64,000 nucleotides of DNA from assembly GCA_031409655.1 (NCBI GenBank), contig JANNXQ010000055.1, positions 10,591-74,590 on the forward strand, written 5' to 3'. A program made the position numbers and the translations under genes. Below the pieces are notes generated by a model. That model saw only the letters and a program-made list of their open reading frames with translations. It made no database searches and was not told the DNA's origin. The first letter of the stretch is position 1; each line of letters opens with the position of its first letter. The stretch comes from Chthoniobacteraceae bacterium. Its GTDB lineage: Bacteria; Verrucomicrobiota; Verrucomicrobiia; Chthoniobacterales; Chthoniobacteraceae. Positions 1-12,500 of the stretch are shown piece after piece.

Positions 1-3000
1 CTCGGACAATGGGTGTCGAGCAGCGCCAGGAGCGCGATCTTTTCGCCCTGCGCGGCGAGGATGCGCGCGATCTCGTAGGCGGCCACTCCGCCCACGCATT
101 CGCCGCCGATGAGATACGGACCGTGGCGCTGATGGGCCCGGATCTCGGCCACGTATTCCGTCGCCATCTCGGCCACGGTGCGGTGCGGCGGCATCGAGCC
201 ATCGAAGCCGCGCGCCCGGAATCCGTAGATCGGGATGTCGGCGCCGAGTTGCCGGGCAAAAGTGCCATAGACGAGGAACTCGATCTCCCCTCCCCAGCCG
301 CCCGGGACGAGGAAAAAGGGGCGCTGATCGGGATCCCCGCGCTGGATCGCGATGAGGCTGCGCAACGGGGAAATCGGCGCCGCCGCTTCGCGTCGTGTCT
401 CGATGAAACGCGCGACTCCTGCGACGGTGGGCGCGGCAAAAAGATTCCGCACGGGCAGATCGACTTCGAATTTTTCCCGCACCCGACCGAGCAACCGAAT
501 CGCGAGCAGCGAGTGCCCGCCGAGATTGAAAAAATCATCATCAACCGCGACGCGCGTGCGCCCGAGCACCTCCTCCCAGAGCGCCGCGACCTCCTCCTCG
601 ATCGGGGTGCGCGGAGCGCGGGAGTCGGATCGAGTGACCTCGGGGATCGGCAGCGCCGCCCGGTCCAGCTTGCCATTGCGCGTGAGCGGGAATGCCGGCA
701 CGGACACGAAGGCCGACGGAATCATCGGACTCGGGAGCGACGGCGCGATGCTCGCGCGAAGCTCGTCCGCCGTGGGGGTGAAGTCGCCAGTCGGGATGTA
801 GTAGGCCGCGATGCGCCCGCTCTCATGGACCACGCGGCAATCGGCGACGCCGTCTGCTTTTCGCAAGGCCGCCTCGATCTCCGAGGGCTCGATGCGGAAG
901 CCGCGCAGCTTGATCTGTCCGTCGGCCCGCCCGAGATAGTCGATCGTGCCGTCAGGGAGCCACCGGGCGAGATCGCGCGTGCGGTAGAGTCGGCCAAAAC
1001 GCGTGTCCAGGAAACGCGCGGCGGTGAGTTCCGGCGCATCGTGGTAGCCGAGCGCCACGCCGGGACCGCCAATATAGATTTCGCCGGTGACGCAGATCGG
1101 GACGGGCACCTGCGCCGCATCGAGGAGATAGACGTGCGTGTTCGAGATCGGGCGACCGATGGGCACCGCTGCACCGGCGACGGCTTCGATCGTATGGCAG
1201 ATGGCGAAGGTGGTCGTCTCGGTCGGGCCGTAACCATTCACGAGCCGCTGCGGCCGGCCGTGCTCCAGCACCAGACGCACACTCACCGGGTCTGCGGCTT
1301 CGCCCCCAAACACAAGCTGCCGCAAGCCGGCAAACATTGCCGACGACTCATGGGCGAGCCGGTTGAAGAGCGAGGTCGTGAGGAAAAGGACGGTGACTTT
1401 ATGCTGCGTGAGGTGCGCCTCCAGCGCCCGGGGCGAAAGGAGCACGTCGGGCGCAACGGTGACGAGCGTCCCGCCGTGGAGCAGTGCGCCCCAGATTTCA
1501 AAGGTCGCCGCGTCGAAGCAAGGGTTCGCCGCGAAGGCGACGACGTCATCCGCGAGGAAAGGGGCGTAGTCGTTGTTGCAGACCAGGCGATTGATGGCGC
1601 GATGCGGCACCACGACGCCCTTCGGCACGCCAGTCGAGCCCGACGTGAAAAGCATGCACGCGGCTGCACCCGCACTGGCCTGCCCGGCAGGATTCCCGGG
1701 GACCAGCCCGCGGGGAAGCGCGGCGAAATCGAGCGTCGTCTCGCACTGGGCGATCATGCGCCCGAGCCGCTCAGGAGCCTCCGCCGTATCCAGAGGCACA
1801 TACGCCCCACCCGCTTTCAAGATGCCGAGCACGCCGGCGACAAACCGCGCACTGCGCTCCGCCGGCAGACCGACCAGACTGCCCGACGCGATCCCGCGCT
1901 CGCGCAACTCAGCGGCGATCGCATTCGCGCGCCCGTTCAGCTCCTGGTAGGAAACGCGATCGGTGCCGGCGATGATCGCGACACCGTCGGGCTGGCGCGT
2001 GGCGACCTCTTCGAAAAGCGCCTGCAAGGTGCGATCGTGCGGATACTCGCGGGACGCCCCATTCCAGGTCACGAGCAGTTGCTTTTCATCCGCGGCGGAG
2101 AGGATCGCCAAACGCGAGAGCGGCGTGCGCACGTCGGCCACGATCGCCGCGAGCAGCAACTCGAAACTCGCGAGAAGCCGGTCGATGGTCTGGGACGAAA
2201 ACACATCGGTGTTGAATTCCATCGAAGCGCGCATCCCCGATCCGCTTTCCCGGAGAAAGAGCGTGAGATCAAACTTCGCCGTCGTGGCGGGCGCGTCGAT
2301 CGGCGTGACCTTCACGCCTTGTAGTGAGAGCGCTGGGCCGTCGCTGGGCTGGAGAACGAAAGCCACCTGAAAGAGCGGATGATGGCTGGTGTCGCGCGGC
2401 GGCTGGAGTTCCTCGACGATCTTTTCAAACGGCGCGTCCTGATGCCGATAGGCGTCGAAGACGGTACTCCGCACCCGACCCAGCAAGGCGCGGAAAGTGG
2501 GATCGCCGGACACGTCCGTGCGCAGGGCGAGCATGTTGAGGAAAAAGCCGATGAGCCCTTCGCATTCGACTCGCGAACGCTGCGCGATCGGCGAGCCGAC
2601 GGTGAGATCGTATTCGCCCGTATAGCGAGTCAGCAGCGCCTTGAACGCGGCGAGGAGAAAGACAAAGGGCGGCACCCCTTCCTGCCGCGCGAGATTCCGG
2701 AACTGGGTGCAAAGCTTCGCCGGCAACTCGCGATCGCGGGATGCGCCGCGGAAACTCGGCTTTGAGATCCGTGGACGATCGAGCGGAAGCGCGAGCGGCG
2801 GACGCTCGCCGGCGAGTTGTTTGCGCCAATAGTCGAGATGCGCGCTCATCGTCGGACTTTCCGCAGCCGTCCGCTGCTGGGCGGAGAAGTTGGCGTACTG
2901 CATTGGCAAAACAGGCAGGCTCGGCTCGGCCCCGTCGTGGAGGGCGCGATAGAGTTCGGCGATTTCCCGGGCAAAGACGGAAAGCGACCAGGCGTCGTAG

Positions 3001-3563
3001 ATGATGTGGTGCCAGGTGATGAGCAACGCGTGATCCTCCGGACCAAAGCAGAGGAGCGTGCGCCGCCACAAGGGACCGGCGGCAAGATCGAAGGGCCGCG
3101 CGGCTTCCGCAGACGCGAGGGCCTCGAGTTCCTCGGCAGCGGCGGGTTGGGCGACGAGATCCCGTCGGACCATCGGCTGCACGATCTGCACCGGCTGTCC
3201 ATCCTTCGCCGCCCGAAAGACGGTGCGGAGGATCTCCTGGCGGCGCTCGATCTCGTCGAAGGCGCGGCCCAGCGCCGTAACATCCAAGGGACCACTGAGC
3301 CGCCAGCAAAGAGGGACGTTGTAGTGCGCAAGACCGGGATCGAGTTGATCGACGAGCCAGAGTCGCTCTTGCGCAAAGGAGAGCGGCGCACCTTCGTCCG
3401 CTGGCTCCGCAGCGAGCACGGCGAGGAGTTCCTGTTTGCGTTCCGTCATGGCCACACGGAGTTCGGGAGTGAGCGCGCCAGCGGGTGCGGTGAAGCGGAG
3501 CTGATCGCCTTCGCGCCAGAGCTTCACCTGACGCTCGCGCAGTTCGGAAAAAAGCGCGCTCAA
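1..3563 (-). CDS. Terminal NRPS module (TubC_N-like docking domain-C-A-PCP-TE), 3' end outside the window
   Basis: Absent from the ORF track because it has no stop in the window. Manual translation from TTG at 3563 (overlapping the upstream TGA) gives MSALFSELRERQVKLWREGDQLRFTAPAGALTPELR (docking-like), LSFAQERLW, HHIIYDAWS (C), FTSGSTGVPKG and NGYGPTE (A), FFNLGGHSLL (PCP), GPYLIGGECVGG (TE). Hand-read A pocket code is about DAFFVGGTFK (Val/Ile-like). Confidence 0.93.
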   Translation of the reverse strand, partial: MSALFSELRERQVKLWREGDQLRFTAPAGALTPELRVAMTERKQELLAVLAAEPADEGAPLSFAQERLWLVDQLDPGLAHYNVPLCWRLSGPLDVTALGRAFDEIERRQEILRTVFRAAKDGQPVQIVQPMVRRDLVAQPAAAEELEALASAEAARPFDLAAGPLWRRTLLCFGPEDHALLITWHHIIYDAWSLSVFAREIAELYRALHDGAEPSLPVLPMQYANFSAQQRTAAESPTMSAHLDYWRKQLAGERPPLALPLDRPRISKPSFRGASRDRELPAKLCTQFRNLARQEGVPPFVFLLAAFKALLTRYTGEYDLTVGSPIAQRSRVECEGLIGFFLNMLALRTDVSGDPTFRALLGRVRSTVFDAYRHQDAPFEKIVEELQPPRDTSHHPLFQVAFVLQPSDGPALSLQGVKVTPIDAPATTAKFDLTLFLRESGSGMRASMEFNTDVFSSQTIDRLLASFELLLAAIVADVRTPLSRLAILSAADEKQLLVTWNGASREYPHDRTLQALFEEVATRQPDGVAIIAGTDRVSYQELNGRANAIAAELRERGIASGSLVGLPAERSARFVAGVLGILKAGGAYVPLDTAEAPERLGRMIAQCETTLDFAALPRGLVPGNPAGQASAGAAACMLFTSGSTGVPKGVVVPHRAINRLVCNNDYAPFLADDVVAFAANPCFDAATFEIWGALLHGGTLVTVAPDVLLSPRALEAHLTQHKVTVLFLTTSLFNRLAHESSAMFAGLRQLVFGGEAADPVSVRLVLEHGRPQRLVNGYGPTETTTFAICHTIEAVAGAAVPIGRPISNTHVYLLDAAQVPVPICVTGEIYIGGPGVALGYHDAPELTAARFLDTRFGRLYRTRDLARWLPDGTIDYLGRADGQIKLRGFRIEPSEIEAALRKADGVADCRVVHESGRIAAYYIPTGDFTPTADELRASIAPSLPSPMIPSAFVSVPAFPLTRNGKLDRAALPIPEVTRSDSRAPRTPIEEEVAALWEEVLGRTRVAVDDDFFNLGGHSLLAIRLLGRVREKFEVDLPVRNLFAAPTVAGVARFIETRREAAAPISPLRSLIAIQRGDPDQRPFFLVPGGWGGEIEFLVYGTFARQLGADIPIYGFRARGFDGSMPPHRTVAEMATEYVAEIRAHQRHGPYLIGGECVGGVAAYEIARILAAQGEKIALLALLDTHCP

Positions 3564-6500
3564 AGCACTCCCTCCTCGACTTCCGCAGCAGGCGCGGAAT
3601 TTCGGATCACCTCCGCGAGTGCCGCGATCGTCGGCCGCTCAAAGACATCGAGGAAACTCACCTCCGTCTCGCCGCTCCCGCGGAGCCGACTCGCGACCTG
3701 CATCGCCGCGAGCGAATGTCCGCCGAGATCGAAGAAATTCTCATGCACACCCACCCGCCCGATCCGCAAGACCTCCTGCCAGATCTCCGCCACCCGCTGC
3801 TCCTCCGCATCACGCGGGGCGACGAGGTCCGCGTCCGACACCCGGCCGCCATCGCCTGGCTCGGGCAAAGCGCGGCGATCCAGCTTGCCACTGGCCGTCC
3901 GAGGCAGAGTCGCGATCTCGATGAAAGCCGACGGAATCAGGTACTCCGGGAGCGACTGCCGGAGGTGTTCGCGCAGAGATTGCACAGTCGGCATCTCCGC
4001 CGCAGGCACGAGGTAAGCGACCAGCCGCATCTCGCCATCTGCCCTGCCGTGGCCGACGGTGACGGCTTCACGAACGCCCGGATGAGTCCCGAGCGCGGCG
4101 TCGATTTCACCCGGCTCCACGCGATAGCCGCGCACTTTCACCTGGTGATCGGCCCGCGCGACATACAGGAGCTGACCATCCGCGCGCCGCCGCATCAGAT
4201 CGCCGGTTTTGTAGAGCCGCTCGGATTTTCCAAAGGGATTCGGCAGGAAGCGTTCCGCCGTCAATTCGGGCTGCCCCCAATACCCCCGAGCCAACCCGGC
4301 TCCGCCGATGTACACTTCACCGACCACGCCGATCGGGACGGGCTCCAGGTGCGCATCGAGCAGGAACAAATCGGTATTGGCGATGGGGCCCCCGATCGTC
4401 GCCGCCGCACCCGGCTGGCATTCGCTGAAAGTCGAATACGTCGTCGTCTCCGTCGGGCCATACATATTGACCACGCGGCGAACGGCGCTCCCGCGGAAGA
4501 CCGCATCGACGAGCGCGTCCGGGAGAGATTCGCCGCCCAGATTCACGGTCTGAATGGACGCGGGCAGATTGAAATCGCGCACCAACTCCGCCATCGCGGA
4601 CGGCACCGTGCTCAGGAAGGTGAGCAGATCGGCATCCGGGAGCCGCGGTAACTCGAGCACATTCTCGGCGAGCAGGATGGTGCCCCCCGTGGCGAGCGTG
4701 ACGAAGATTTCGAAGATCGAGACATCGAAGCAGATCGAGGTGGAGCCAAGAACGCAGGCGAGTTCCTCCCGAGTGTAGGCCTGCTGCGCCCAATGGACGA
4801 AGGCGACGGCATTCCGGTGCTCCAGCGCGACGCCCTTGGGACGCCCCGTCGAACCCGAGGTGTAGATGAGATACGCGAGGTTCTCGCCCGTCGCGCCACT
4901 CGCCATCGGGGTCCCTTCGCTCCACGGTTGCACCCACTGCGCGCCGCCGAGTTTCGGGGCGTGCGATTGCTCGGTGACGCGGTCGCACAAAACCACCGCG
5001 GCGCGGGAATCCTCCAGCATCACCGCAAGACGCTCGTCCGGATATGCGGGATCGAGCGGTACGTAAGCACCGCCTGCCTTCAACACGCCGATCATCGCGC
5101 CGATCATTTCGGCGGAGCGCTGCATACAGATCCCGACGAACGCCTCTTTTCCGATCGCCAGGGACTGAAGCTGCGCGGCGACCGCATCCGCTTGCGCCGC
5201 GAGTTGGCGATAGCTGATGCGACGCCCGTGATCGAGGATCGCGCAAGCGTCGGGATGCGCCTTGGCGCTCGCTTCCAGGAGTTGGTGCAGCGTGGCGTCG
5301 CGGGGAAAATCGAGCGCGTTGTCGTTCCATTCGACGAGGAGCTGCTGACGTTCGCTGGCGGTGAGCAAAGGCAGGCGCGCGACCTGTAGCGTGGGGTTTG
5401 CGGCCACGGCGGCTAGGAGCGTGCGCAGATGTCCGAGCCAGCGCTGCACCGTCGTGGCGTCGAAGAGATCGCGGTTGTAGTCGCAGCGGAAAGTGAGCGT
5501 GCCCGCGTGCTCCGTCACGTTGAGGTAAACTTCAGCGATGGCCGTCTGACGAAGGCCCAGCCAGGGTTCGCGGTCGTTCACTAACTCGACCTTCAAGCCT
5601 TTGACGTCGCGGCTGAAGCGACCGGACTCGTAGTTGAACACGGCATTGAAAAGCGGTGCCCGACTGGCATCGAAAGGCTGGCCGAGCGCCGCGACGAGAT
5701 CGCCGAAGAAGTAATCTTGATGGGCGGTCGCTTCGAGGATCAGAGCGCGGTTGCGCGCGAGAAGTTCGGCAAAGGTCGTGCCCGCCGCCACCTGACTCCG
5801 GAGCGGCATGACGTTCGTGGAATTCGCGATCAGCCGATCCCCGCCGGGCTGCCCGCGATCCTCACCTTCAAAGGGAACTCCGATGACGAGATCGTCCTGA
5901 CCCGTGACCCGATGGAGCAGCGTCTGAAAGGCCGCGAGCAGCGTCATGAAAAGCGACGCTCCCTGCCGGGCGCCCGCGAGGCGTAAAGCCGCGACAAGCT
6001 CGGCGTCGAGGTGGGTGGTTTCGCGCCCGCCCGCATACGTCTTGTGCGCCGGACGAGGACGGTCCAGCGGCAATTCGAGCGGCGGCGCAGCATGGGCAAA
6101 CTGCATCTTCCAAAAGGCTTCGGCTGCGGGGGCGCTGGACTTTAGCCGGCGTTTTACGAAATCGCGCAATTGCCGCGCGGCGGGAAGCTCGGCCCGGCGA
6201 TCGCGGTAGAGCGTGCAAAGTTCCTCGAAGAACACGCCGAGCGATGGGCCATTGCAGAAAATGTGATGCAAGGTGACGACGAGGACGTGGTGCTCCGGGC
6301 CGCAGCGGAGCAGGCGCGCGTCGATGATCGGCGGACGACTGAGATCGAATTGCAGGGCGGCAACGGCGGCGATTTCCCGGGCGACTTCCGGGGGCGTCGG
6401 ACAGTCGAGGACCGGGAGCGGCAGAGCGGCCCGCGGGTGAATGGTCTGCGTCTCGCCATCAGCCGAGATGGAAGTCCGGAGCGACTCGTGGCGATCGACG

Positions 6501-9500
6501 AGTGCTTGCAATGCCGAGCGCAGCGCCGGCAAGTCGAGCGGGCCGCGAAGTTCGAGCGCGGACGCTTCGTTGTAAGCGCGCGAGGCATCGGAATTGCGGG
6601 CGGCGAGGGCGAAGAGGCCGCGCTGCGACGGAACCAGCGAGAGCGTCGAAGGCACCTTCGTCGAAACCGTCGGAGGCGCTTCAAAAGCGAGCGCCTTTGA
6701 CGCGAACCACGGAGCGAGTTCCTCGACGCTTTCGCGAAACGCACTGACGAATCGCGCGAGATCCTCCTCGGTATGGGCGGTGGAGAGGAAGAAGAGCCGG
6801 TTGTTCCAAACGTGGACGCCTTTCTCCCGCAGCAGGAAAAAGAGCACGGCGCTGAAGGCGAAGTCTTCCCCGAACTTCAGGAAAAAGAAGGAGGAGAAGG
6901 ATTCGACTCGGATCGGCGCACCGCACCCGGCGATGATTGTGTTCAGCTCCACAACCAACTGCGCGGTGCGGCCATTCAGCTGCTGCTGTAGCGCGCCACC
7001 GTCCGCTTGCAGAAAACGCAGCATGGCCAGCGATGCCGCCATGGCCAGCGGATGGCGCACGAAGGTCCCGGCAAAGAATGTCAGCCCGGTCTCGGGGCGC
7101 GAGTCGTCGCCGAAACCCCAGGCGCCGCCATCGAGCGCGTCCATGAATTTGCAACGACCGCAAAGCGCACCCATCGGCATGCCGCCACCGACGATCTTCC
7201 CATACGTGACCAAATCCGCGCGGACCTCGAACCACGCCTGCGCCCCACCGGGATGACACCGGAAGCCGGTGATCACTTCATCGAAGACCAGCGCCGCGCC
7301 GGCTTCCTGCGTGATGCGGCGGACTTCCTGAAGAAACTCGCGCGGCTGCAAATCGGGATGCCGACTCTGCACCGGCTCGACCAAGACCGCGGCGATCTCG
7401 TGGGCTCGGGAGCGGAGAATTGCGAGTGACTCGGCGGTGCCATACTCCAGTGCCAGCACTCCGCTGGCGATGTGCTCAGGGATCCCGGGCGCGATTGGCA
7501 CCGAGCGCCGCTCGCCGTCGATCGTGCGACTGCGGATCAGGAATTCATCATTGATGCCATGGTAGCCGCTGAAGGTCGCGATGAGGCTGCGTCCGGTGAC
7601 GGTGCGGGCGACGCGGACGGCAGCGAGCACGGCCTCGGAACCGGTATTGGTAAAGGCCGCGCGGTCCTGACCGCTGAACTCGCAGAGCAGCCGCGCGAGC
7701 TCCCCGGCGACCGGTGATTGCGGACCGATCTCGATGCCGCACGCAAGCTGGGCGGCGATGGCATCGGTGATGAAGGACGGAGAGTGGCCGAGGAGGTTCG
7801 TGCCGTAGCCCATCGTGAAGTCGAGGTACTCGTGGCCGTCCACATCCCAGAGCTTCGACCCGGCAGAGCGCTCGACGACGATGGGATAGGTGAGCTCTTT
7901 CCAATATGGCCGGAAGCCGGATACCGAGCGTGGATCGGCGAAATGCGCACGGGTTTCCTGGGTGCGGCGTTTCGATGTCGCCGTGCGAACGGTGTAGCGA
8001 GCGGTGAGCTCCGCGAGGTGCTGCTGCTGGGCAGTGGTCAGGATCTCCGCGGCATCGCGCTGGATCGGCCGGAAGGGGCCATGCGCCTGAAGTAGCGCTG
8101 GCTGGAGTAGCGCAGGCTGCCAGCCTGTAGGAGTGCCGCAGGCATCCTTGCCTGCTTCGCCCGGCAGGCTGGAAGCCTGCGGCACTCCGACAGGCAGGGA
8201 TGCCTGCGCTACTGCGGGCGGCGCCATCTCGATCTCCGCCGCGAGCGCTCCGATCGTCGCGAACTCTTCGAAGAGCTGACGGAAGGAAACTTCGATGGCG
8301 AATTTTTTGCGGAGCGCAAGCGCGACCTGGGTGAGAAAGAGCGAATCGAAACCGAGTTCGAGCAGGGTGGTCGCGGGCTCCATCTTCTCGACGGCCACAC
8401 CGGACATGCCGTGGAGCAATGTACGAAGCTGATCGAGGGCGATCGATGGCGGGCTCGGGACGGGGCGCGCCGTGGCGGCGGATGCAGGCGGCAACGGGGC
8501 TTCGAGCACCGCGCTCGGCACCCGCGCTTCTCCCGGCTCCAGCCAGTAGCGCTCGCGCTCGAAGGGATAGGTGGGCAGGGCCACTTTCAATCGGCGTTCG
8601 TCGCCGCGCAGGAGTTTCCAATCGATGGCCACGCCAGCGATCCAGAGGCGTCCGAGAGCTTCGAGCAGCGAGGCGTGTTCGCGTTCGCCGGAGGCGCTCT
8701 GGGAGGCGACCACCGGACCGCCACGCGACTGCCGCGCCGGCGCGGCTAGCGTCGAGCCAGGGCCGACCTCGAGAAGCACGCGCTCCGGGGCGATCGACGC
8801 GGCAGCAGCCGCGAAACGCACTGGCTCGCGCATCTGCCGCGGCCAGTATTCCGCTCGCGTGAAGTCCGCATCCGCGTCGCCGGAAAGGGTGGAGATGAGC
8901 GGGATGCGCGGGGCGTCGAATCGCACCGCGGCGGCAAGCGCGGAGAAGACGGCCGCCGCGGGTTCCATCATCGCGGAGTGAAAGGCGTGCGAAGTCCGCA
9001 GCGCCACGGTGGCGATGCTTTGCGCCGCCATTTGCGCGGCAAAATCGGTGATCGCCGCGGTGGAACCCGAGACGACGCAGAGGCGCGGCGCATTGATCGC
9101 GGCCACTTCGATGCCGACCGGGAGCAGTGGCTGGAGTTCCGCTTCGGAGAGACGGACTGCGAGCATCGCGCCGCCGGGCATCTCCTGCATGAGCTGCGCG
9201 CGCTCGGCGACTAGCTCGAGGGCGTCTTCCAAAGAGAGCACCCCGGCAAGACAGGCGGCGGAAAATTCCCCAACGCTGTGCCCGAGCAGAGCGGCAGGCT
9301 CGATGCCCCACGAATGCCAAAGCCGCGCCAGCGCATACTCGACGGCGAAGATCGCGGGTTGGGCGACGCGGGTGTCCGTCAGCGCCGCCGATGTGTCCTC
9401 CGGGTAGAGCGCCGCGATGAGATCCAGGCGGGGTGCGAGGATTTGCGCGCAGCGGAGCATCGCCTCGCGGAAGACGGGCTCGCCGTCGAAGAGCTCGCGC

Positions 9501-12500
9501 GCCATGCCGGGATATTGCGCGCCCTGACCAGGGAACATGAAGACAACCTCCGGCGCGGAAGTCGTGACCTTTCCGGAAACCACGCGGCGCCCGTCCTTCA
9601 TCTCCAGCAGCTCGGCCGCCTCTGCCGGATCGCGGGCGACGACGCTGCGCCGATGTTCAAATTCGCGGCGGCCGCTTTGCAAAGTGTGCGCGACATCGGC
9701 CAGCACCGCGTCGGGATTTTCGCGCAGGTAGCGCGCGAGATTGGCGGTCGCCGAGTCGAGCGCGGTCGCGGTGCGGGCGGAAAGGACGAGCAACTGCCAT
9801 GGCCGAGTCGCCGGGGTGCCGACGACGAGCGGCGCTTCCTCGAGCACGGCGTGGGCATTCGTCCCACCGATGCCAAAGCTGCTCACCCCCGCGCGCCGCA
9901 CGCACTCGCCCCGCGGCCAGGGCGTGAGCGAGGCATTCACGACAAACGGACTGTGCGCAAAATCGATCTGCGGATTTGGCGTTTGAAAGTGGAGGCTTGC
10001 CGGAAGGAGTCCGCGATCAAGAGCCAGCGAGGCTTTGATGAGGCCGGCGGCACCGGCGCCCGCGTCGAGGTGACCGATGTTTGTCTTCAGCGATCCGATG
10101 CGGCAGAAGCCCGTGGCGTCGGTTGTTTTTCGGAAGGCTTTCGTGAGGGCGGTGAGCTCGATGGGATCGCCGAGACTCGTCCCGGTCCCGTGCGCCTCCA
10201 CGTAGCCGATGGTCTCCGCGCTGACTCCCGCAGCGGCGTGGGCGCTGGCGATGGCGGCGGCTTGCCCGGCCACGGACGGCGCGGTGAAGCCCGCCTTGTC
10301 GCCGGCGTCGTTGTTGATCGCGGTGCCGCGGATCACGCTGGAGATGCGATCGCCATCGCGCACGGCATCGGCGAGGCGCTTGAGCACGACGGTCGCGATG
10401 CCATTCGCCGGGACGCAGCCGCGGGCCTCGGCGTCAAAGGCGCGGCAGTGCCCATCGGGAGAAGGGATGCCGCCATCGACATACGGATAGCCCGCGTGGA
10501 GCGGCACGCTGATCCGGCCCCCGCCGACCAGCGCGAGATCACTTTCCCCGCTGCGCAGACTCTGGCAGGCGAGGTGCAGCGCGACGAGCGAGGTGGAGCA
10601 GGCGGTCTGCACGCCGATCGCGGGTCCACGCAGGCGCAGCTTGTGCGCGACGCGCGTGGCCACGAAGTCCTTCTCATTGCCGAGCGTCAGCGCGTAGGTG
10701 CCGAGCAGCGGCGTCAGTTCGGGCCGGGTGGCGAGGTTGAATTGGAAATAGTCGTTCACCGCGACGCCCGCGAAGACGCCGACCGCGCCGGCAAAGCGCG
10801 AGACGTCGCAGCCCGCATTTTCAAAGGCCTCCCACGCGCACTCGAGGAAGACGCGCTGCTGCGGGTCCATGAGTTCGGCTTCGCGCGGCGTATAGCCAAA
10901 GAAGGCGGCGGCAAATTTGTCGGCATCGTCGATCTGCGCGCCGGCATTCACATAGCCCGGCTCACTGGCCGTCGCGGCGGCGATGCCGGAAGCGCGGAGT
11001 TCTTCTGCGGTAAAGGGCCGGATCGATTCCACGCCCGCGCAAAGGTTTCGCCAGAACTCCTCCACATTCCGCGCCCCGGGAAAGCGGCCGGACATCCCGA
11101 TGATCGCAATCGCGTCGGGCGGCAGTGCGGGTTTCGCCGGCTCCTCGGGCGGCGCGCATTTCGGCGTTCGCTGGGCCACGCCGAGTTCTTCCGCGAGCTG
11201 CCAGGTGGGTGCGGAGAGGAAATCGTCCGCCATCATTCCGCGCCAGCCTTCGGCGATCTCGGGCTTGATGGAGCCGTGCTCGTGGAAGCGCGGATCATCG
11301 GGCGTATGCCGTCCGGCATCGGGCTTCGTGCTTTCGCGATAGGGCTCGAGCATCGCAGGCTCGAAGGGAAACCCGAGGGCCTGGCAGAGCGCCTCCAGGC
11401 TGGCGCGCGGCTGCGTCACGAGATCGGAGAAACGCAAATCGAGGCGGCGCGTCGCCGGAATCTTCGTGAGGAAATCGGTGATGTTCCGATGCGCCGCGAG
11501 CCACACCTTTTCACCCACCTCACCGGGCGAGAGATCGCCGGCGTCCGGGAGGTAGATGCGATCCATCCGCTGCCGCTCAAAGGAGCGGATCATCTCGTAA
11601 GGATGCCGCGCGAGATGGATGTAAAAGGCGTCCTCGAAGATCTCTTCGGCGTGCTGCAGCGCCGCCGGGTCGAGAGCGTAAGACGGCGATTTATCCACGA
11701 GCACGCGCGGGTCGATCCACTGCTGGAGCACGGCGAAAAAATCCGCGGTGTCGAGATGGAGTCGCTCGTAGCCATCGAGCAGTTGCGCGGCTTCCGCGTG
11801 GGTGCAGCCTTTCGCCGCGAGGATGGCGTCGATGCGGCCCTGTCGCCCGACCGCCGCTGCGGCAGCGTCGCCAGAGCTGCGTTCCCCGAGCGTCCGCGGG
11901 CCGAGCAGGCGGAGTTCCGAGGCGGTGAAGAGCGCCGGATGCGCCGCGAGCATCGCGCGGAGCAGGGTGGTGCCCGAACGCGGCGGACCGAGGATGAAGA
12001 TGGCGCGCCGATTTTTCGGACGCACTGAGGAAGGGGAAGGAGAGGCGTGGACGGCGGCGGCTGGGGTGGTCTCGACCGCGCGCTCGACGGCGACGCTACG
12101 CTCGGGAGGCTGCTCCTGAAAGACGCGCGCGACGGCCGCGGGGTAGTGCTGGCGGAGATAGGCCGCGAGCTGGGAAATGGTGGGTGCCTCAAAAAGCGCG
12201 ACGACGAAGATCGGCTCGCCGAGCGTCGCCTGGAGTCGGCTGCACAATGTCGCCGCGAGCAGGGAATCGCCGCCGAGATCGAAGAAGCGATCATGAACCC
12301 CAACGGACTCGAGGCGCAGGACGGCGCGCCATTCCTCCGCGAGATGCCGCTCGGTGGCGGAACGCGGCTCGACGAAGGCGGACTCGAGTTCCGGCCGCTG
12401 GCGACTCGGCGCGGGGAGAGCGGTGCGATCCACTTTGCCATTTGGCATCCGTGGGAAGGCGTCCAGCGCGACGAAGGCGGACGGTTGCATGAAGGCGGGT

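Noticed and set aside
9..12028. Long plus-strand ORFs (9..2324, 2817..4016, 9278..12028 and others)
   Set aside because: Antisense shadows of the high-GC NRPS/PKS genes; no recognisable motifs, while the minus strand has all the core motifs.
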